From assembly GCA_963733375.1 (NCBI GenBank), contig CAVTDB010000026.1:224001-288000 (forward strand): a stretch of 64,000 nucleotides of DNA, read 5' to 3'. Position 1 is the stretch's first letter, and each line of letters begins with the position of its first letter. The stretch comes from Nitrospirota bacterium. Lineage in GTDB: Bacteria; Nitrospirota; JACRHJ01. The position numbers and the translations under genes are program-made. Below are positions 56,357-64,000 of this stretch, piece after piece. The notes beneath the pieces were generated by a model, which had not been told where the DNA came from, made no database searches, and saw nothing but the letters and a program-made list of their open reading frames with translations.

Positions 56357-58323
56357 TTAAGTGTCACTCCCAGGAAGCGGAGGCTGAAATTGAGCACGGA
56401 ACCTACCAGGATGGCGAACGGAAAGACGAAGGCTGTCATCGCCACCGCCGTCTTCATTCCGCGCTCTTTCACGGTGACGAAAAACTGCGCGATGCAGGGC
56501 ACGAAAAGCGTCACCGTCACGATACTTACCAGCACCTGCACCGGCGAGAGCTCTCCCGCCTTCTGCATTGCATAAAGTCCCGCCGCCCCGTAATCCCGGC
56601 GGAGGAACCCTATAAGGAAGGCCGCCGTCGCCTTCTCGGGCAGGCCCAGAAGCCCCACTATCACCGGAGACGAAACCTTTTCCACGAAGGTCAGGACCCG
56701 CAGCTTGTCGGCGGCGAAAAGTAAAAGCGTGCCCAGGATGAACAGGGGGACGGCCTCTTTAAGATACCACTCTATCCTGCCTATGGTCTTGTTTACTATG
56801 TTCTTCAATTTCGGGACCCGCACCGGCGGCAGCTCCAGTATGAAATCCGACGGCTCGCCCTTGATTATCTTTGACGAGAGGTAGCCGATAAGTAGCAGAA
56901 CGAATAACAGCACGAGCGCCCAGATTACGGTAGCCTCCCAGGATATGGCGGAGAGCATGCCCATTATCACGCCAAGCTGGGCGGAGCAGGGGATGGCCAG
57001 CGCCAGAAGGAGCGTTACGATAACCCGCTCTTTCTTGGTCTCAAGTATCCTGGTGGTCAAAGTCGCCATGGTGCAGCACCCAAGCCCAAGCACCATCGGG
57101 AGGACGGCTTTGCCGTTCAAGCCTATCAGCCGGAATACCCGGTTCACCATTATCGCCAGGCGCGGGAGGTAGCCGGAATCCTCAAGTATTCCGAACGCCA
57201 TGAAAAAGGTCGCCGTAATGGGCAGGACTATCGCTATGGAGTATGTGACCGCCATCGTGACAATCCCGTACTGGCCGATGAAAAGCTCCTTTAAAAACGG
57301 CGCCGGCACGTAATCGAACAGACGGATGATGACCGGGTTTATCCACTTGTTGAATACCACTTTCTCCATGAAGTCCACAAGCGTCCCGGCGCCGAAAACC
57401 CCCACGAATTCGTACATGACGAAGAGCACGACGAGCAGGACCGGCAGGCCCCAGACCGGATGCATCGTGATGGCACCCAGCCACTGCCTGAAACCCTTCC
57501 CCGCCTTCTTTACGCGGGACTGGCAGGACTTCACGATCTTGTCCACCACGGCCAGGCGTTTTCTGTTTATGTAATATCCGAGCGGCTCCGGATACTGGGC
57601 CTGGACGCTGTTTACAATCTCTTCCAGGGCGTCTATGGAGTCGTCCGGGATGAGGCTGTGCAGCCAGTTCCTGAGGCTGGTGTCCCCGCCTAAAAGCATC
57701 AGGGCGAGCGAGCGCCTGGAAATCCTCGCTTCGGGCAGAAGCGGCTCCATTTCCTTTATCGCGCTCTCAACCCTGTCTCCGAAAACCACGGAAAGAGTGG
57801 AGTGTTTAGGGGATGAAACCGCGTCCTTCAGTTTCGAGATACCTTTTTTCCTCGTGGCGACGGTGCTGATTGTATCGACGCCGGTATTTTGGGACAGGAC
57901 GGAGAGGTCGGTGGAAATCCCCAGGTTCTCCGCCTCGTCCGCCATGTTCAGGGCCATCACGAACGGCACGCCCATCTCGGCTAACTGGAGGCTGATGATG
58001 AGCGAGCGGCGAAGGTTCTTCACGTCCGCCACCTGCACGACCGTATCGAAATCCTCCATCAGAAGTATGTCGCGGGTTACCTGTTCGTCCTCGGACATCG
58101 GCAGGAGGCTGTTCACCCCCGGCGTGTCCATGATGACGTACTGCACTCCTTTTATCGCGGCGTTGCCGGTGGAAAGCTCGACCGTCGTGCCGGGATAGTT
58201 GGAGACCGTGGCGTATTTGCCGGTGAAGTTCCCGAAGATTACGCTCTTGCCGACGTTGGGGTTGCCGACCAGGAGAAGCTTTTTTAAGCCTTTCGGACTC
58301 ATCCTTTTTCTCCCGCCGGCCAT
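56353..58323 (-). CDS. feoB: Ferrous iron transporter B
   Basis: GNPNVGKS, NYPGTTVE, DTPG, LEDSGYLPR, LGLGC, IPCSAQ, FVPC. Confidence 0.96.
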   Translation of the reverse strand: MAGGRKRMSPKGLKKLLLVGNPNVGKSVIFGNFTGKYATVSNYPGTTVELSTGNAAIKGVQYVIMDTPGVNSLLPMSEDEQVTRDILLMEDFDTVVQVADVKNLRRSLIISLQLAEMGVPFVMALNMADEAENLGISTDLSVLSQNTGVDTISTVATRKKGISKLKDAVSSPKHSTLSVVFGDRVESAIKEMEPLLPEARISRRSLALMLLGGDTSLRNWLHSLIPDDSIDALEEIVNSVQAQYPEPLGYYINRKRLAVVDKIVKSCQSRVKKAGKGFRQWLGAITMHPVWGLPVLLVVLFVMYEFVGVFGAGTLVDFMEKVVFNKWINPVIIRLFDYVPAPFLKELFIGQYGIVTMAVTYSIAIVLPITATFFMAFGILEDSGYLPRLAIMVNRVFRLIGLNGKAVLPMVLGLGCCTMATLTTRILETKKERVIVTLLLALAIPCSAQLGVIMGMLSAISWEATVIWALVLLFVLLLIGYLSSKIIKGEPSDFILELPPVRVPKLKNIVNKTIGRIEWYLKEAVPLFILGTLLLFAADKLRVLTFVEKVSSPVIVGLLGLPEKATAAFLIGFLRRDYGAAGLYAMQKAGELSPVQVLVSIVTVTLFVPCIAQFFVTVKERGMKTAVAMTAFVFPFAILVGSVLNFSLRFLGVTLK

Positions 58324-58336
58324 TTATAAGAGAATA

Positions 58337-58351
58337 TGATAATCAATTTCA
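58337..58351. promoter_or_regulatory. Fur box upstream of feoB
   Basis: TGATAAT-C-AATTTCA versus the 7-1-7 consensus TGATAATnATTATCA. Confidence 0.7.
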
Positions 58352-58379
58352 ATCCTTCCGCATTAAAAAAATGGTTTAA

Positions 58380-58814
58380 TCAGGCTGTCCTGCATGTCTT
58401 GCAGAGGCCGTAAAGCTCCATCCTGTGGTCATCCACGGAAAAGCCGTGTTTCTGGGCCACGTCCTCCTGGAGCTTCTCGATAAGCGGCTCCTTGAACTCC
58501 ACGATCTTTCCGCACCGGGTGCAGATTAAATGGTCGTGATGCCGGCTCGTGTCTTCTTTTTCAAATACTCCCTGCGTGTCTTCGGCGAAGCGGCGCTCCT
58601 TTGCAAGCCCGGCCTCAGTTAAGAGCCGCAGCGTGCGGTAAACGGTGGTAAGCCCGATGCCGGGGTGGGAGCGGGATACTTTGAGGTAAAGCTCTTCGGC
58701 GCTGATATGGCCCGTGGTGTCGAAGAATACCTGCGCCACGGCCTCACGCTGGCGCGTGACTTTCAGGCCTTTTTCGGCGAGGTATCTGTTAAGGTCGGCT
58801 ATTCTTTTGCTCAT
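58380..58814 (-). CDS. fur: Ferric uptake regulator
   Basis: TRQR, HISAEEL, TVYRTL, HHDHLICTRCG, LYGLCKTC. Confidence 0.93.
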   Translation of the reverse strand: MSKRIADLNRYLAEKGLKVTRQREAVAQVFFDTTGHISAEELYLKVSRSHPGIGLTTVYRTLRLLTEAGLAKERRFAEDTQGVFEKEDTSRHHDHLICTRCGKIVEFKEPLIEKLQEDVAQKHGFSVDDHRMELYGLCKTCRTA

Positions 58815-58885
58815 ATGGCCCCGTTAATCCCGGTTTTTAACCGCGCGAAGTGGCCCGTCGCGCCGCCAATGTCTTATATTCAAAT

Positions 58886-58906
58886 TGAAGATGATTATCA
58901 ATATCA
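58886..58906. promoter_or_regulatory. Fur box (two overlapping 7-1-7 motifs) upstream of fur
   Basis: TGAAGAT-G-ATTATCA (58886-58900) and TGATTAT-C-AATATCA (58892-58906), offset by 6 bp. Confidence 0.75.
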
Positions 58907-58978
58907 TAAAACGGCGAAACAAGTCAAGGAAAAATAATTCAGGTTGATTAAAAAAGAGGAAAGAAATATATTTAGCGG

Positions 58979-59765
58979 ATGAAAAAATTAAATTTCGCGA
59001 TCATCGCGGCAATGTTACTGCTTTCCTCCTGCGCCCCGCGCGCTATCGTGAAACCTATCCCAATCAACACGCCGCCGGATGAAGTTATAAAGATGGCCTC
59101 GGCGGGGACTGAAAATATCAAGGGTTTAAAAGCATCCGTGAAGGTGACGGTGCAGGCGGACGGCAAAAACCCGCGAGAGCATCGACGGGGTCCTGTATAT
59201 CGAGCGCCCGGACAATTTCCGGTTCACCGGACTTGCTTTCATGGGGTTCACGGTTTTCGACCTGGTGCTGACCGGCGATAAATTCTACTTCTACAGGCCG
59301 TCCGAAGGCTGGCTGTATACCGGCCCAAGGGAATCTTTTAAAGCTTTCCTGGCCAAAAACGGCGTCCAGGCGGACCCGGAGATAATAGGCCGAGCCCTCT
59401 TTTTGCAGAAAAAGGAGGGAGAGAAGTACCTTGTCGAAAAGACGGATGACGGCTATGATATTTATCAGGCGGTAAAGGCTGAAGGCGTCCTTTTGCCCCG
59501 GATGAAGGCCGAGTTCGACGCGGGACTGAACCTTGAAAGGAAGATATTTTTCGACGGCCTTGCCCGGCCCTACTTATACGTGACGGTATCGGGGAAAGTG
59601 GAGGAGGGCGGGGCGGCGCTGCCTAAGAGACTGACGGTAAAAGATATTGCACAGGGTATTGTGCTGACGGTGGATTTCGAGAAATACATCGTAAACCCGG
59701 AGGGGCTGGACAAGGAATTTACAATCGAGGGGCAGGAGCTGAAGGGCATAAGGGAAGTGCGGTAG
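58979..59765 (+). CDS. Putative lipoprotein (LolA/LolB-like fold possible; frameshift ~59175)
   Basis: Lipobox LLSSC; beta-rich sequence continues in ORF 59241..59765. Confidence 0.6.
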
Positions 59766-60016
59766 CGCCTGCTTATCGCCTCATAAAATAAAATATTCTT
59801 GACAGTTATCCGCCTTTATGTTAATTTTCAGACGCTTCCGTAACCGGGGGCGCAGGCCATCAAGGTCCATTTCAAATCAGCCCGCTATTTGACACGTATC
59901 GCTTCTTTATTATTTCCGGGACATAGAGTTCCCGGAAATCCAGCGTCCTATATTTTCATTATACTTAACTGTCAATCCGAAGGCCGGTATTCATGGCCTA
60001 CTAAGGAGGCTCTCGT

Positions 60017-61160
60017 ATGAAAAAAACTTATCTCCTCGCGCCCGGACCCACGCCCGTGCCGCCCGAGGCGTTAACTGCAATGTCCATGCCGATTATCCAC
60101 CACCGCTCCCCGGACTTTATCCCCATCCTGGAATCAGCCAAGAACGACCTTAAATGGCTCTTCCAGACGGAGAACATGGTCCTCATCCTGGCATCCACCG
60201 GGACGGGAGGCATGGTCGGAGCGGTGAACAACTTCCTCTCTCCCGGCGATAAGGCGGTCGTCGTCCGAGGCGGTAAATTCGGCGAGAGGTGGACCGAGAT
60301 ATGCGAGGCATACGGCGTCCTGCCCATCAATATCGACGTCGAGTGGGGATACGCCGTAAAGCCTGAGCAGGTGGAGGCCGAGCTTAAGAAGGACCCGTCG
60401 ATAAAGGCCGTGCTCATCCAGGCGTCCGAGACCTCGACCGGCGTCGCCCATCCGACCAAGGAAATAGGGGAGATAGTAAAGAAATATCCCAATTGCCTTT
60501 TCGTGGTGGACGCGATTACGGCCATGGGCGTATTCGATATGCCGGTGGACAAATGGGGCATCGACGTCTGCATAACGGGTTCGCAGAAGGCCCTTATGCT
60601 CCCGCCCGGCCTCGCCTTCGTCTCCGTGAGCGAGAAGGCCTGGAAGATGAACGAGAGCGCGAAATGCTCCAGGTACTATTTCAATTTCAAAAAAGAGAAG
60701 AAAGAACCTGGAAAAGAACCAGACGAATTTCACTACCGCTTCCTCTCTCGTCGTGGGGCTGAACGCGGTGCTCTCGATGATGAAGGCCGAGGGCCTGGAG
60801 AACATATTCAAAAGGCACGAGAGGCTGGCCAACGCGACCCGGGCCGCGGTGACGGCGATGGGCCTGAAGCTCTACGCCAAGGAGTCCCCGACCCTGGCCT
60901 TGACGGCCGTGGAAGTGCCTGAGGGGATAGACGGCGGGAAACTGACCAAGGTGATGCGGGACAAGTATGGAGTCACTGTCGCCGGCGGCCAGGGGGACCT
61001 GAAGGGAAAAATATTCCGGATAGCGCACCTTGGCTACTTCAACACGTTCGATATAATAATCGGAATATCGTGCGCCGAGATGGCCCTTAAGGAAATGGGC
61101 GCGAAAATCGAGCTCGGCAAGGGCGTGGCGGCGGCGCAAGAGATACTGATGAAATTCTGA
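60017..61160 (+). CDS. Class V PLP aminotransferase (serine-pyruvate/phosphoserine aminotransferase-like; frameshift ~60700)
   Basis: LLAPGPTPVP, ETSTGV, VDAI, GSQKALMLPPGL, FRIAHLG; upstream of serA. Confidence 0.9.
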
Positions 61161-61182
61161 TCCTTCAGGGAGGCATTTCAAA

Positions 61183-62762
61183 ATGAAAGTCTTAATCAGC
61201 GACAGCCTTTCTCCGGAAGGGGTCGAGATACTTAAAAAAGGCGGCCTGGACGTCACCGTGAAGACGGGGATGACCCCCGACGAGCTTAAGGGCATAATCG
61301 GCGAGTTCGACGGCCTCGTGATAAGAAGCGCCACGAAAGTTACAGCCGACTTAGTTGACGCCGCCAAGAACCTGAAGGTTATAGGCAGGGCCGGTTCCGG
61401 GCTGGATAACGTCGATAAAGTAGCCGCAAGCAAGCGCGGGATTGTGGTCATGAATACCCCCGGCGGCAATACCGTTACCACCGCGGAACATGCATTGTCC
61501 ATGATGATGTCTCTCGCGAGAAACATCCCGCAGGCCACGGCAAGCCTTAAGGCCGGGAAGTGGGAGAAGAAAAAGATTCGAGGGCGTCGAACTCTTCCAG
61601 AAGACGCTGGGCGTACTCGGCATGGGCGCCATCGGCTCCCAGGTGGCAAAGAGGGCGCAGGCGCTTGGGATGACCGTGCTGGCGTTCGACCCGTACCTTT
61701 CGCCGGAGAGGGCGGCAATCGCTGGGCGTCGAATCATGCGACCTTGAATGCATCTACTCCCGCTCGGATTTCATAACCATACACTCTCCGCTGACGGACG
61801 AGACCCGCGGCCTTATAAACGCCCAGACTATCGCGAAGATGAAGGACGGCGTAAGGATAATCAACTGCGCGCGCGGCGGGATAGTGGACGAGAAGGCGCT
61901 CTACGAAGCCCTGAAATCGGGCAAGGTGGCCGGGGCCGCGCTGGACGTTTTCGAGAAGGAGCCGCCGGAGAATAACCCGCTTCTGGAACTGGACAATTTC
62001 ATCTGCACGCCGCATCTTGGGGCAAGCACGGAAGAGGCGCAGTTGAACGTCGCCAGGGCCGTCGCGGAGCAGCTTGTGGACTACCTGGTGAAGGGCGTGG
62101 CGAGGAACGCGGTCAACGTGCCTTTCGTCCCCGCGGACATCCTGCCCAAGGTCCAGCCGTACCTTGGCCTGGCGGAGAAAATGGGTTCTTTCCTTGCGCA
62201 GATATACGAAGGGGCGCTGGTATCCGTCACGATAGAATACAGCGGAGAGGTCGCGGACCTGGACCCTGCGCCGATTACCACCGCGGTACTGAAAGGACTT
62301 TTAAACCCCATCCTCGAGGAGGCCGTCAATTACGTGAACGCGCCTTTCATCGCCAAGGACAGGGGGATAGAGGTCAAGGAAGTAAAATCTTCCGACAACA
62401 AGGATTATCCGAGCCTCATCAAGGTCACGGCGTCCTCCGGTAAAAAAGATTTCTCCGTATCCGGCGCGCTTTATTTCAAGAAGGACCCAAGGATAGTCGC
62501 GGTGGACAATTTCAGGGTCGAGGTCGTGCCGGAGGGAGACATGCTGGTGACCTCCAACCACGACCGTCCCGGCGTCATCGGGAACCTGGGCACCGCCCTG
62601 GGGAAGAACGGGATAAACATCGCGAGGATGCAGTTCGGGCGGGACGAGAAAGGCGGGAAGGCAATATCCGTCATATCCATAGACGCCGCGCCTTCGAAGG
62701 AAGTTATCGCGGAGCTTAACAAGCTCCCGAACGTGCTTTCGGTTAAGTACGTTAAAATATAA
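61183..62762 (+). CDS. serA: D-3-phosphoglycerate dehydrogenase (frameshifts)
   Basis: IRSATKVT, RAGSGLDNVD, NTPGGN, INCARGG, TPHLGASTEEAQ, C-terminal ACT (DRPGVIG). Confidence 0.95.
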
Positions 62763-62786
62763 TATTCAACGGACTCTTTCGAATAA

Positions 62787-64000
<1,214 letters not shown>

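Noticed and set aside
59799-60010. Riboswitch upstream of aminotransferase-serA-purA
   Set aside because: A promoter (TTGACA-17-TAATTT) and a hairpin (ATTTCCGGGA..TCCCGGAAAT) are present, but no glycine, ZTP, purine or SAM consensus is recognisable

Overview
A 64-kb core-chromosome segment of a GC-rich (~55-60% by eye) Gram-negative bacterium. Gene order resembles Nitrospirota/Desulfobacterota (inference). Contents in order: aroA-cmk-plsC-rpsA-sppA-ihfB; a moeA pair plus a RACo/DUF4445 gene; a MerR regulator with a Cys-rich tail; Mut7-C, K+ channel, DUF2905, SpoIID/LytB, queA and SPOR; a zinc-ribbon/REC/RomX-like fusion; tRNA-Pro, acyP, rpoS-like sigma factor, apt and tRNA-Arg; a small accessory block (two orphan kinases, a Wza-like protein, an epimerase); a MacAB-type ABC exporter; csp; a HAMP/7-heme cytochrome/HAMP cluster; a full trp operon with both trpB2 and trpB1 and an unexplained small ORF plus structured spacer; murJ; rpsT with holA-lptE-leuS; a 1.25-kb ORF-less AT-rich block; an ntrC-like regulator; HU; tRNA-Val; thrS-infC-rpmI-rplT; DUF362; a fur-feoB-(Cys-rich)-DtxR/FeoA operon with Fur boxes; aminotransferase-serA-purA. 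About 27 genes, including essential ones, are broken by indels, so the sequence is almost certainly an unpolished long-read consensus. Fine-scale oddities must be read with that in mind. No CRISPR array, integrase, transposase or rRNA was seen. Two families of dispersed palindromic repeats are present.
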